64,000 nt of DNA, from positions 16,504-80,503 of the forward strand of contig CALXLV010000028.1 of the NCBI GenBank assembly GCA_944389295.1, given 5' to 3'. Positions 1-10,365 of this stretch are shown here, in pieces. Source of the stretch: an uncultured Spirochaetaceae bacterium. GTDB lineage: Bacteria; Spirochaetota; Spirochaetia; Sphaerochaetales; Sphaerochaetaceae. Each line of letters begins with the position of its first letter. The first letter of the stretch is position 1. The notes under the pieces were generated by a model. The model saw only the letters and a list, made by a program, of their open reading frames with translations, made no database searches and was not told the origin of the DNA. Both the position numbers and the translations under genes were made by a program.

Positions 1-208
1 GCTTTGATATCTTCTGCTCAAGTCCAGGCATCCTGAGCATAAGCCGCCAGAATTTCTTGTTTATTCTACCCATCCAGCGAATATCAAGATAATCAAAGAA
101 CTCCTCAAGAACGGTCTCCACACCCTTCCTGTTCAGTTCATCAGCAACAGCTTTCGCAGGTACATAATGGCCCTTGCCGCCATCCACATATACACAGAGT
201 CCCTTCAT
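1..208 (-). CDS. Partial CDS (N-terminus only, continues past window start): putative MGDG-synthase/UgtP-like lipid glycosyltransferase
   Basis: Not in the ORF track because it is truncated. Own reverse-complement translation from the ATG at 206-208 gives MKGLCVYVDGGKGHYVPAKAVADELNRKGVETVLEEFFDYLDIRWMGRINKKFWRLMLRMPGLEQKISK. It has the N-terminal G-G-x-G-H loop typical of GT-B lipid glycosyltransferases. The call is motif-level only. Confidence 0.4.
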   Translation of the reverse strand, partial: MKGLCVYVDGGKGHYVPAKAVADELNRKGVETVLEEFFDYLDIRWMGRINKKFWRLMLRMPGLEQKISK

Positions 209-369
209 ATCATCTCTACCGCCTAACGATAGTAACACAAATCAGCACAGAATGTTACATACAGCAGCACTACAATACCCTCCACGCAAAACAAATACAT
301 GAGTGCGCGGCAAAGCCTGCTGCATTACATTATTGTCCATGCGGTTATTAACCGATATCATTATAACTT

Positions 370-2889
370 ATGGGACAGAAGGGCAAAAGACATCCGCTGG
401 AAGCAGCCATCAGCTTCATAATGAACCACGCAAAGCTGACAATCGTAATAATATTCATGATCACGGCAGTATTTGCTGTATCCATGACAAAACTCAAAAT
501 GGATGCGAACGTATTCTCATACGCCGCGGCAGCACCACCGCCAGAGATAATAGTCACGCCGGAAGAGAAACCTGACCATGCTCTTGTGCTCGCAGGAGTC
601 GGGACAGTACCTCTTTCTCCTGAGCGCGGCGAGGTCGTACCAGTTCCGGAAAGACACAATGAAATTGATGCAGAGGATTTCAGTACGGGAGACTTTTCCT
701 ATGTGGAGCCTGTGATAAATGAATTTACAGGAGAGAAGACAGGGAAGTTCTCAGACGGCTATGTGATCATCTTCACTTCCGAGAGAATGTTTGATCCCGA
801 AGTTCTCAACACTATCTATGAAGTCAGAGGCAATCTTTCAAAGCGGTATGAGATAGGACAGTGCCTCTCACCTTTTGATTACGTAACCGTAGAGAAGAAG
901 GGAACACGCCTTTCCGTAACTCCCATAGCTCCCGTAAAGCAGGGAGAGAAATGGACAGAAGAGACCGCGGAGATATTCAGAGAACGTCTGATGAACGACA
1001 GCGTCGCCAAGAATTATCTCTATACAGATGACGGCTCCACAATAATGATCTATTACAGGGCAAGAGGGCTCAACGCACAGTCGATTGCTGAACTCGATAC
1101 GCTCGTCAATCCTCTCAGGGAGTACGGACATGTGGCACTGAACGGCGGCGGACTTATAAGCAATGCAGTAATGAAGTACCTCAATAAGGACCTCATAACC
1201 CTGCTCGCCCTATGCTTTGTTGTCATACTCTTTGTCTATTACCTCTCTTTCAGATCATTCCGCGCGATGCTGCTGCCGGCCTCGCTTTCAATAATAGGCA
1301 TCATCTGGACTCTCGGCACAATGGCACTTACAGGTTACAAACTGACCATAGTCACCGTACTGACTCCATGTCTCGTGCTTACACTGGGTTCATCATATTC
1401 CATCCATATGGTCAGCGAGTACTTTGAGGCAATGTCCAGAGGCGAAGGAGAGAAACTGGCTTACCACTTCTCAAAGATCTCCAGAACGATATTCTTCGCG
1501 ATGTCCACAACCGTGGCGGGATTCCTTTCTCTTCTCGTATGCCACACACCGATGTTCAAGGAGTTTGGGATAACGATCTCAATCGGCGTCCTCTACTGCG
1601 CGATCCTCGCATTCACATATCTGCCGGCAATGCTCTCTCTTTCAAAGCCGCCGAGGAAAACACAGCTCACAGTGGTGCGCAGCGGCGTACTAACCAGAGG
1701 CGTGAACGGGATGGCAAATATCGTCACAAAGGAATGGTGGGCATTCCTGATAGTCGCTGTCCTGATAATAGTCTGCTTTGCCTTTGTTCACGACGACATC
1801 GGATTCGACTCGAACTATATGTCCTACTTCCCTCAGGATGATCCGATAGTGCAGGATTCGATATATTTTGCGAAAACACTTGGAGGTACAGACCCGTACT
1901 ACATAACGATCACCGCGCCTGACAATGAACCGGGATTCTTCCTGGATAAAGACAATCTGAAACTGATATATGCCTATGAGAGCGCGATAATGGCAGCGTG
2001 TCCCGACATAGTGCAGATACTCTCGTTCAGCCAGTATGTCAGTTTCCTCAACCATGTCTACAACGGCACATACGGCATCCCCGAAAGCAATGGACTGATC
2101 AACCTGCTCTCCAGAGTACTCAAACAGATCGAGGGACAAATTGGTTCAAACGTTCTTGATGTGCTGATAAATGAAGATGCCTCCGAAATAACACTCTCGA
2201 TGAGGAACTACGATTCAGTCGAGCAGGATCTGCAGACAACAGCAAGTGCAAGGAGACTTGAGACGACGCTCGACTATTACCGCTACATGCTTCCTTCCGG
2301 GACTTCCAGCGAAATACACTGTGCGGCCTCCAACGGACTCAGGGCAAGTGATATGATCATGGCTGATCAGAACAAATCAACAATGCTCTCCAATGTTCTG
2401 GTACTTATAATAGCCTCGCTTGCCGCTGCGTCCCTTATCTTCGGCTTCACCGCCCTGATTCCAGTAATCATAGGCGTCATGCTGAACTATATCTTCATGT
2501 GGATAGCAGGCATCCCCTTTGATATTGTCACAGTGGGATTCTCTTCAGTTGCGATAGGATCAGGAATAGATGATGCTCTTCATTTCCTAATCCGCTACAG
2601 AATCAAGAAAAAGGAAGATCCATCAGTAACAACAGTAGAGGCAATCAGAGAGAATCTCGTTGAGACGGGACGTCCCATAATTCTTACCAGTCTGAGTGTG
2701 GATGCAGGAATGATAATGCTGCTGTTCGCATCGTACACTCCCATTCAGTACTTCGGAATAATGATGTGTGTATCACTCACAGCAGCAATGCTGGCAACGC
2801 TCTTCATCATGCCTCCGGTAATGATACTGGGAGACAGAATCAGAGCGATCATAAAGGGAAAATCAATATCTGAAAGTACAGCCAAGTGA
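370..2889 (+). CDS. MMPL/RND-superfamily (HAE3-like) membrane exporter
   Basis: 839-aa ORF with two multi-helix hydrophobic bundles, each preceded by a large soluble loop. The second bundle has the GSGIDDALHF motif typical of MMPL/SSD transporters. The true start may be the ATG at 421 (MNHAKLTIV). Confidence 0.8.
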   Translation: MGQKGKRHPLEAAISFIMNHAKLTIVIIFMITAVFAVSMTKLKMDANVFSYAAAAPPPEIIVTPEEKPDHALVLAGVGTVPLSPERGEVVPVPERHNEIDAEDFSTGDFSYVEPVINEFTGEKTGKFSDGYVIIFTSERMFDPEVLNTIYEVRGNLSKRYEIGQCLSPFDYVTVEKKGTRLSVTPIAPVKQGEKWTEETAEIFRERLMNDSVAKNYLYTDDGSTIMIYYRARGLNAQSIAELDTLVNPLREYGHVALNGGGLISNAVMKYLNKDLITLLALCFVVILFVYYLSFRSFRAMLLPASLSIIGIIWTLGTMALTGYKLTIVTVLTPCLVLTLGSSYSIHMVSEYFEAMSRGEGEKLAYHFSKISRTIFFAMSTTVAGFLSLLVCHTPMFKEFGITISIGVLYCAILAFTYLPAMLSLSKPPRKTQLTVVRSGVLTRGVNGMANIVTKEWWAFLIVAVLIIVCFAFVHDDIGFDSNYMSYFPQDDPIVQDSIYFAKTLGGTDPYYITITAPDNEPGFFLDKDNLKLIYAYESAIMAACPDIVQILSFSQYVSFLNHVYNGTYGIPESNGLINLLSRVLKQIEGQIGSNVLDVLINEDASEITLSMRNYDSVEQDLQTTASARRLETTLDYYRYMLPSGTSSEIHCAASNGLRASDMIMADQNKSTMLSNVLVLIIASLAAASLIFGFTALIPVIIGVMLNYIFMWIAGIPFDIVTVGFSSVAIGSGIDDALHFLIRYRIKKKEDPSVTTVEAIRENLVETGRPIILTSLSVDAGMIMLLFASYTPIQYFGIMMCVSLTAAMLATLFIMPPVMILGDRIRAIIKGKSISESTAK

Positions 2890-4566
2890 CAGCTGGATAT
2901 CGGGCTCGAATGCATCGGGCTCGTTATCCTTGTTCCACACGAGCATGGAATACACGCCGGCCTCGACAGAGAACCATGATGCAGCTCTCAGCTCTCCGCT
3001 TCCGCCGAGGACGAAGGTGTATTCAGGACTGTAGTTCTCGTCATTATCCGCTGGATCAAATGGATTTTCCGTGCTTGGCGTCGACGGATTGCCGGAAATG
3101 GTTCCGTCATAATATTTCGTCTCACTCTTCTCATCGATAATGCCATGTGTCATGAAAAACACATTGCCTTCAATGCGGAAAAGATCGATATCATCATAAC
3201 CAAACCTGAAAAGTCCGGCGATGGCATCTGAACCGAACGGGAACGAGAGATACCTGGTTATGGCTGTGACATCATTGTCCACAACATAACGGTTGGAGGA
3301 GACGTAATAAAGATCATTACCGCCTTTCTCCATTGCTCTGTGATAAAGGAAAGGTGATGTATAGACTATCTCCGCATTACCGAAGAAGTAATTGCCGTTA
3401 TCCTGCGGAATTGAGAATCTTATACCTCCCATTACGCCCCAGCCGTCAACAGAAGCGCCTTTCTCTCCGGGCTTCTTTTCATTGGGCATGGCAAGATCAT
3501 CTATAGCCGCCTGCGCGTAGATACTAAGATTCGGTATTGGAGAATACTCGATCTCAAAAGTAGCCAGTGAATTCGCATTGCCGGCAATATAGAGATCATG
3601 GAGGAACATCAGAGGATTAAGCGCCCTGAAATCAAGATAACCGCTTTCTGACTGATACATTATCGATTCATTGAGGGCAAGTTTGAATGTACCGTCAAAG
3701 AAGCGCATCTCAAATCTGTGTCCGAGGAAGAAGCGCAGCCCCTTCAGCGGCGCACGATCAGGAGAAATGTAATCTCCCTTTTCATTACTCAGATTGGCGG
3801 AATGTGAGAAGAAACTCACCAGCATCTGATAGCTGAAATTCTCGCTTCCGGTAAAGGTAAGTGAGAAATAATCATGATAAGGAAGAGTATCTCCAAGCAT
3901 CATGTTCCCCATAACACCATTTCCCCATGATACTCTGTCCCTGCCTAAGACAAAGCGGAAAGCATCAAAACCGAGGGCAAGGTATGTTCTGTCAGGAAAA
4001 TTCATGCTTATCTTGCCATCAGACACAAACGGGATATTGCTTCCGAAATTCTCTTTGTACCTTGAGGTGTACTGATCTTTAACATCGTCATCGGTATAAA
4101 CATTTGCATCCGCAAAATCAAAACCAATGGAGAAATCCATCAGGGCAGCGACATTGTTCTTGTATGTCATTCCAAGCAGGATATCTGCAGCAGGTTTATT
4201 CAGCAGATCCCTGTCATAGAAATCAGAAGAACTGTCAAAAGCCTTATTAGCATGAAGGGATACCACAGGAGTGAACGAAGCGCCGAACTTTGCCTTGAAT
4301 CCGTCACTCTCACTGAGATATCCGCTGATCTCAGCTTTAAGCGCCCTTCCTGCTTCTGTACGAGGATTGACAGCATCAAGCATATGTTTGACATCCGTCT
4401 CAGTCCATGGCCTTGCTCCAAGCAGAGCAGCCTTTCCTTCTATGAGGTAGAGCACATCCATCCTGTCATAAACAGGATGATCCATATCGAACATCGCCAA
4501 AGATGCCGCGGAAACCGTACAGGCAAGAACAACGCAGAGCAGAACAGTCAATAAACCTTTTCTCAT
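2863..4566 (-). CDS. Secreted predicted outer-membrane beta-barrel protein, possibly Wzi-like (paralogue 1)
   Basis: Signal peptide MRKGLLTVLLCVVLACTVSAAS. The body is rich in alternating aromatic/polar residues. It shares the block GRDRVSWGNGVMGNMMLGDTLPYHDYFSLTF with the next gene. The Wzi resemblance is recalled from memory, not searched. Confidence 0.5.
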   Translation of the reverse strand: MRKGLLTVLLCVVLACTVSAASLAMFDMDHPVYDRMDVLYLIEGKAALLGARPWTETDVKHMLDAVNPRTEAGRALKAEISGYLSESDGFKAKFGASFTPVVSLHANKAFDSSSDFYDRDLLNKPAADILLGMTYKNNVAALMDFSIGFDFADANVYTDDDVKDQYTSRYKENFGSNIPFVSDGKISMNFPDRTYLALGFDAFRFVLGRDRVSWGNGVMGNMMLGDTLPYHDYFSLTFTGSENFSYQMLVSFFSHSANLSNEKGDYISPDRAPLKGLRFFLGHRFEMRFFDGTFKLALNESIMYQSESGYLDFRALNPLMFLHDLYIAGNANSLATFEIEYSPIPNLSIYAQAAIDDLAMPNEKKPGEKGASVDGWGVMGGIRFSIPQDNGNYFFGNAEIVYTSPFLYHRAMEKGGNDLYYVSSNRYVVDNDVTAITRYLSFPFGSDAIAGLFRFGYDDIDLFRIEGNVFFMTHGIIDEKSETKYYDGTISGNPSTPSTENPFDPADNDENYSPEYTFVLGGSGELRAASWFSVEAGVYSMLVWNKDNEPDAFEPDIQLSLGCTFRY

Positions 4567-4573
4567 GATTCAC

Positions 4574-6250
4574 CTACAGAAATTCATATCTGAAATAGAG
4601 GAAAGCCTGAGGAATAAAACGCTCCTCACCTTCCACATGCTTATAGTTCCACTTGTAAGGAAATGCCATATCGAGACCGACTTCAAGATCAATAGTCTGG
4701 AAATCATAGGAAACACCTACTTCCGGCTGCAGAGTATATTCATATATTGAATCAATCTTCTTCCAGTTTTCTTCTATAACGTCAGAAGTAGCTGAATCAA
4801 GGGCTATACCATGGTTACCATGCATTACGAATGTCATGGAGGCTCCGCCGGTGAAGCCGAACGATGATTCATATTCAGAACCAAGACTGAATACCAGGCT
4901 GTCAGGACCATAGTGATAACCCGAATACTGTATTTCATTTCCGCCGGTTATATTATGGCCGAGAAGCCAGTCATAATTGTAATTAAAATCATCTTCTTTC
5001 TCTGAATTTCTTTTTAAATTCATATAAAGATAAGGCATCGTATATACAGCTTCGGCATATGAATGAAGGATTCCATCTCCTACTTTTGAAATATTCTGAA
5101 AATTCAGCAGGAATCCGAAAGCATTGGGCATGAAATTACCGCTCTCACGGCTTCCGACCTGAATCTGATCCATGGCAACCTGGAAATGCATCATCCATCC
5201 GGGAAGGAACGTCCATAGCCCATCGACAGACAGCATGTTGTTCGCTTCGTCATATGGAGGAAGTCCTTTCGTCGACTCAGAGAAGTTATTGAATGAATGA
5301 GGAATCATCATCGGGATAAACATTCTGGGATCAAATGCGCTGTCAGTCTGGAACACGCTCCCGATGTTGAAGCCGAATGTGAACTTATCGAAAAGACTCA
5401 GCTCAAAGCGGTGCATGGCCCTGATCTGATGATCTCCAGAGAATCTGAACCTGTCAAATTCCAGAGAATCCGTCTGCTGATCAAAATATGAGACATCAAG
5501 ATAATAAGAAAAAACATCACTTGTAAATGAGAAACGGAAGTAATCATCATAACTGAAATTGTCACCTATGGTGAGATTCCCTGTAACTCCAGAGCCGAAT
5601 GCCTTTCTGTTGCGCCCAAGCTGGAAATTGAACCAGTCATTGCCAGCTGAGATACCTACTCTGAACGGCTGATATGCCTGTGTGATATAAGCATTGTCAA
5701 AAAACTTGAGCTGACGGCCTTCCATAGCCATTATTGCAAGGAAGTTCGTATAATGATCCATCTCTTCATCAAGAGGGAAAAACCGATCCTTCTCCATGAA
5801 CTCGATGTAGAGATCGACACAATCGGAGAAAGAGACATCAAGCAAGGCTGCCACCATCGGATCGCGGTCCATATACGGCACGAAATACTCATAGTTATCA
5901 ATATCTCCATGGATCATGCCATCGAAACCGCCATAGATATCTATATCCAGATTTATGGCATCGTCATTGTATATCGGGTCACCACTTTCAAGAGAAGCGA
6001 TAAGCGCATCACGCTCTGCGACAATATCTTCACCAGCAGATTCAGGGATACGCTCCAGTGTCGATATAAGCCCTTCTCCTGTCACAGGAGTAACCTGAGG
6101 ATAGACAACTCCCCCAAGCATGCAGAGTTCAGCAGTGCGGATGTATTCCTCATCGACTGCGCGGTAGAGGCGCTGCCCCGGTGATGCCGCAGAAAGCGGC
6201 AGTATCATAAGGACAGAAAACAGAATCATAACAAATGAAATTTTCTTCAT
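4574..6250 (-). CDS. Secreted predicted outer-membrane beta-barrel protein, possibly Wzi-like (paralogue 2)
   Basis: Signal peptide MKKISFVMILFSVLMILPLSAAS. The block GRNRKAFGSGVTGNLTIGDNFSYDDYFRFSF is paralogous to the upstream gene. The two genes are tandem with a 7-nt gap. Confidence 0.5.
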   Translation of the reverse strand: MKKISFVMILFSVLMILPLSAASPGQRLYRAVDEEYIRTAELCMLGGVVYPQVTPVTGEGLISTLERIPESAGEDIVAERDALIASLESGDPIYNDDAINLDIDIYGGFDGMIHGDIDNYEYFVPYMDRDPMVAALLDVSFSDCVDLYIEFMEKDRFFPLDEEMDHYTNFLAIMAMEGRQLKFFDNAYITQAYQPFRVGISAGNDWFNFQLGRNRKAFGSGVTGNLTIGDNFSYDDYFRFSFTSDVFSYYLDVSYFDQQTDSLEFDRFRFSGDHQIRAMHRFELSLFDKFTFGFNIGSVFQTDSAFDPRMFIPMMIPHSFNNFSESTKGLPPYDEANNMLSVDGLWTFLPGWMMHFQVAMDQIQVGSRESGNFMPNAFGFLLNFQNISKVGDGILHSYAEAVYTMPYLYMNLKRNSEKEDDFNYNYDWLLGHNITGGNEIQYSGYHYGPDSLVFSLGSEYESSFGFTGGASMTFVMHGNHGIALDSATSDVIEENWKKIDSIYEYTLQPEVGVSYDFQTIDLEVGLDMAFPYKWNYKHVEGEERFIPQAFLYFRYEFL

Positions 6251-6434
6251 ATCGGTATCCCACGTATCACAAACCTGATATCAGCACCATTATGCTGAAC
6301 AAACATGCGTATGGCAAATGCAGAAATACCTCATGCACCGATTATTCCAGAATCATAATTGTCTTTTGCGATTGATGGAAAAGATATCTGCTGTTAGTAT
6401 TGTCCTAGATTTCCAGTAAGAAAAGCAGGTGAAA

Positions 6435-7694
6435 ATGCGGATTGCATTCGGTTTTGACATCTTCTATCCAGAGACCAATGGAGTGATAACAACAACCATC
6501 AATCTTGCAAGGAACCTGATCGACATGGGCCATCAGGTGTGGTTCTTCGTGCCTCGTGATAAAGGCTTTTCCGGACATGTCATTGAGAACGGAATAAGAA
6601 TCGTGCACGTTCAGGCAGTTCCGGCATGGATATACAAAGGCATAAAGCTCCTTCCTATCTATGGATCATACCTCCTGCCCTACCTGATGAAATACCACAT
6701 CGATGTCGTGCACAACACATCTCCGTGGCTCATGGGAATGGCACTCAATCATGCTGCGAGGAAAATAGGCATACCTTCCATCGCCACGCATCACACACTT
6801 ATAGATAATCCTATATATATAAAGTACGCGCTTAAAAGTACCAAACTGGCATATGCGGCGCAGGATGCAATCTGGACGGTGGTATTCAATCCGTTCTTCC
6901 GCCTCACATGGATGGCAACAGCCCCGAACCGCAACACATGCGAAGTGCTCAGGAAAAGAAATCCCGATCTTGATGTCCGGTATGTTTCAAACGGAATAGA
7001 CATATCCAAATTCGATGAGTCCCTTCCCGAGCTTCCGCTGCCCAAGCAGATAAATCCGGAGTGGATCGGCAGAAAGACATTTCTGTATATCGGCAGGCTC
7101 GGATATGAGAAAGCGATAGATGTCGCATTTGAAGGCTTTGCCAAATGTCTGCAGAAAAACCCCGATGCTCAGTTCATCGTGATCGGACAGGGACCGGCGG
7201 AAGAGACTCTCATAAAGCTGCAGCAGGAACTTGGACTTGAAGAGAGAGTTCACATGACAGGAATGATTCCTAATAAGGAAATCATCGGTTCAAGGATTCT
7301 TTCAAAGGTCGCGGCATTCGTAACAGCTTCTCTTTCGGAGAATCAGGCAATAACCGTTATCGAATCCCTCTGTGCAGGAGCTCCAATCATTGCGGCAGAC
7401 GTTGAGAACATGCATGAAATATTCAACGAAAGCGAAGGATGGTTCTTTGAGGGAGGGAATTCCGACGATCTTGCCGATAAGATGGACTGGGTTCTGAATC
7501 ATCAGGAAGAAAGGGACAAGAAAGCTGCTGAGGCAAAAAAATGCCGATCGCGTTTTGACGGAAAGGAAGTGGCTAAGCAGTTCGTCGCATTGTATGAAGA
7601 ACTGCAGGAATGGAGAAGAAACGGCTACAAAGTTCCGCGCACAAGCAGTCAGGACGAAGATACAGATGACGCTCAGAACGAGGCCGTAAAGTAA
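6435..7694 (+). CDS. GT4-family (GT-B) glycosyltransferase
   Basis: N-terminus MRIAFGFDIFYPETNGVITTTINLARNL and C-terminal E-x7-E-like region (SLSENQAITVIESLCAGAPIIA) are typical of GT4. The ORF track starts at a GTG at 6429. The ATG at 6435 has an AGGTGA RBS 6 nt upstream. Confidence 0.85.
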   Translation: MRIAFGFDIFYPETNGVITTTINLARNLIDMGHQVWFFVPRDKGFSGHVIENGIRIVHVQAVPAWIYKGIKLLPIYGSYLLPYLMKYHIDVVHNTSPWLMGMALNHAARKIGIPSIATHHTLIDNPIYIKYALKSTKLAYAAQDAIWTVVFNPFFRLTWMATAPNRNTCEVLRKRNPDLDVRYVSNGIDISKFDESLPELPLPKQINPEWIGRKTFLYIGRLGYEKAIDVAFEGFAKCLQKNPDAQFIVIGQGPAEETLIKLQQELGLEERVHMTGMIPNKEIIGSRILSKVAAFVTASLSENQAITVIESLCAGAPIIAADVENMHEIFNESEGWFFEGGNSDDLADKMDWVLNHQEERDKKAAEAKKCRSRFDGKEVAKQFVALYEELQEWRRNGYKVPRTSSQDEDTDDAQNEAVK

Positions 7695-8836
7695 GCCCCT
7701 ATATCATAATCAAAGCCGCCTGCATATCCCTCAGGCGCAAGATAATCGTAGTAGACACCTATATATGCTCTAAAGAGTCCCATTATGTAGAGATTGAATC
7801 TGGCACCGACAGTACCGTAGAACCTGACTTCCGGTTCCGCAGCAGGACTGTTTATCAGCTCCCCTGCTGCAAGCGCATTCTCGACAAACACATTAAGCGT
7901 GGGATATGTGCCGATCGTTATGAACTCCGGTCCGGTTACCGTTATTCCGGCAGAAACATTCGTAATGAACGGACGGGGCGGAATCCAGTCCCCTCGCATA
8001 CTGACGGACAAAGCATGCTGAGGCACTGATGAGCCGAACAGCAGCTGACATTTTAGGCTGAAATCCATATAGACAGAGAAGAGGTTCATGTCGCTGTTCT
8101 CCTGCAATGCCTGTATGAATGTGTGCTTGTAATTGGCGGACGAGAGAATTCGGTAATAGTCGATTTTCGAACTCGTATCAAAAATAGTGGGAACATTAAG
8201 AAGCCACCACGGAGCAAGCGTGAGATCAAAAGAGAAGTTGTATCCCTCAGGCGTCAGATAATGACTGATCATATTATTCAGATCAAGACCGAGGGTGAAT
8301 GAAGTCGTAAGTGAGTATTTCTTATCGGCAAGCTCAGGAACACCGACGGACTCATCAGACGGGAAATAATCCTTATTATTAAAGAATCCATCCCATTTTT
8401 TATTCTGCATATCTGACAGAGACGCGAAAGCCTGCTCCCATCGCATTCCAAGGAAAGCACTGACCGTAATAAAATCGGGAGCACCTTCGCGGGGATTGTC
8501 AACAATACCCTGTGAGAAACCTATCTTGCCATCTGAGAATACGACGGAATAGCGCCTCTGATCATCAGAATTCCTTATGATCCTGCCATCAGCAGGCCAC
8601 TGCCTGAGCGTACGCTGAGTCATTCCCGCTTCTACCCTCACAATAGCCTTTGTGTTGAGGTCAGGAACGAAATCTATATGATCTATTCCGAACTCTCCCC
8701 AGAAGCTCACAGGAAAAGCGTTCATCGCAAAATCAGAGAGATATGACGCATTGACGATATTCGAGAAAAAGACCTCTTCCGCATAGAGGGAAAATGAAAC
8801 AAGAAAAGAGATCATCAGAACCGCAATACGACGCAT
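7673..8836 (-). CDS. Secreted hypothetical protein (possible outer-membrane protein)
   Basis: The ORF track extends to 8971 but that overlaps yhhQ. The internal ATG at 8836 gives the signal peptide MRRIAVLMISFLVSFSLYAEE. The C-terminus is aromatic and beta-rich. No recognisable family. Confidence 0.55.
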   Translation of the reverse strand: MRRIAVLMISFLVSFSLYAEEVFFSNIVNASYLSDFAMNAFPVSFWGEFGIDHIDFVPDLNTKAIVRVEAGMTQRTLRQWPADGRIIRNSDDQRRYSVVFSDGKIGFSQGIVDNPREGAPDFITVSAFLGMRWEQAFASLSDMQNKKWDGFFNNKDYFPSDESVGVPELADKKYSLTTSFTLGLDLNNMISHYLTPEGYNFSFDLTLAPWWLLNVPTIFDTSSKIDYYRILSSANYKHTFIQALQENSDMNLFSVYMDFSLKCQLLFGSSVPQHALSVSMRGDWIPPRPFITNVSAGITVTGPEFITIGTYPTLNVFVENALAAGELINSPAAEPEVRFYGTVGARFNLYIMGLFRAYIGVYYDYLAPEGYAGGFDYDIGAYFTASF

Positions 8837-8885
8837 TTTTGAAATAGTATCATTCAATCTGTTTTTTTGATATAGTTCTGCCATC

Positions 8886-9557
8886 ATGGAAAACAAGGTA
8901 CCGGAAAACCCTTCAAAAAACCGGAATGGTGAGTTCACGCCGCTTGTGGTGGTCACTGCCATTCTGGTCACCTTCTATCTGATCGCCAATCTCATGGCCG
9001 TAAAGATCATATCAATAGGAAGCCTCTCGCTTTTTGATGCAGGAACTATCACATTTCCATTCGCATATATGCTTGGCGATGTCCTTGCAGAGATATGGGG
9101 ATACAAAACAGCAAGAAAAGTCATCATCCTCACATTCATATGCAACGCGCTTCTTGTCCTGTTCACATCAATAGGCATCATACTGCCCTATCCGCCGTAT
9201 ATGGAGGAAACACAGAAGGCATATACGATGATATATTCGTTCGTACCAAGAATAGTTGTCTCTTCTCTGATATCTTTCCTGTTCGGAGAGCTTGCCAATG
9301 CCAGGGTTCTGGTGTGGATAAAGGAAAGACAGAAGAACGGAAAACATCTCTGGATAAGAACAATAGGATCGTCAATGGTTGGATACCTCTTTGATACAGT
9401 ATTATTCGTGCTGATCGCATTCACAGGTTCCGTTCCTGCAGCCGATCTCGTATCAATGATCGCAGTACAATACATTGCCAAGCTCCTGATAGAAGCATTC
9501 TTCGGAACCCCGTTCGCCTACGCTCTGGTAAATTATCTCAGGAGGAAATTTTCATGA
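8886..9557 (+). CDS. yhhQ: Queuosine-precursor transporter, YhhQ/Vut (DUF165) family
   Basis: 223-aa polytopic protein with the hallmark FPFAYMLGDVLAEIWGYKTARKVI. Confidence 0.85.
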   Translation: MENKVPENPSKNRNGEFTPLVVVTAILVTFYLIANLMAVKIISIGSLSLFDAGTITFPFAYMLGDVLAEIWGYKTARKVIILTFICNALLVLFTSIGIILPYPPYMEETQKAYTMIYSFVPRIVVSSLISFLFGELANARVLVWIKERQKNGKHLWIRTIGSSMVGYLFDTVLFVLIAFTGSVPAADLVSMIAVQYIAKLLIEAFFGTPFAYALVNYLRRKFS

Positions 9558-10243
9558 CGGATCTTGTCCGCTACAGCACTATAGATAAAGGACTTAGAAG
9601 GGAATTCCTGCTGCTTCAGGGAACAGGATGCCGATGGAGAAAATGTACTTTCTGCGACTACTACCTTGATGTATCCTCTGATCCGTATTCAGTAAACAGA
9701 GAAGTTTTGGAAAAGGTCACTGGAAAATACGGAACACTTGATATCATAAATTCAGGTTCGGCTCCCGAATTCGATGAAAAGACATTAAGCATGATTGCAG
9801 AGATCGCAGAAAAGAAAAACATACATGATCTCTGGTTTGAAGCCCACTGGATTTACAGAAATCAACTGAAAAGGTTCGCAGAACAGTTTCCATGCTGTGT
9901 TCATTACAGACTCGGAATAGAATCATTCAATCCCGAGCTGAGACTCAGCTGGAACAAGGGAATCGGCAGAGATGCCACACCTGAACTGATAAGCAATTAC
10001 TATGATGGAGTTTGCCTGCTTGCAGGAATAAAAGGACAGACAGAGAAAGACATAATGGATTCAGTTAAGATTGCAGAAAAATATTTCAGTTATTATTCCG
10101 TGAATCTTTTCTGCCCCAACACAACATCAACAGAAAGAGATGATGTGCTTGCTGAGACTTTTATAAAAAAACTCGCCCCTGAGATTGCCAAAAGTCCTAA
10201 AGCTGAAATCCTTATAGAAAATACAGATTTAGGAGTTGGCTGA
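9554..10243 (+). CDS. Small radical-SAM-like protein (possible queuine/queuosine salvage enzyme)
   Basis: The cysteine cluster GCRWRKCTFCDYY (Cx4Cx2C spacing) sits near the N-terminus of a 229-aa partial TIM-barrel-sized protein. Its ATG overlaps the yhhQ stop (ATGA at 9554-9557). Confidence 0.6.
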   Translation: MTDLVRYSTIDKGLRREFLLLQGTGCRWRKCTFCDYYLDVSSDPYSVNREVLEKVTGKYGTLDIINSGSAPEFDEKTLSMIAEIAEKKNIHDLWFEAHWIYRNQLKRFAEQFPCCVHYRLGIESFNPELRLSWNKGIGRDATPELISNYYDGVCLLAGIKGQTEKDIMDSVKIAEKYFSYYSVNLFCPNTTSTERDDVLAETFIKKLAPEIAKSPKAEILIENTDLGVG

Positions 10244-10365
10244 GCCAGACAAATACATGAAATCTTCCCGAAGTTAAGTATAATAACAGAAGATTCTTGA
10301 AAACAAAGCGCAGGAAAGCTGTCTGTATATAGAGTATGCTGACAACTAGCACACTAAATATTGCT

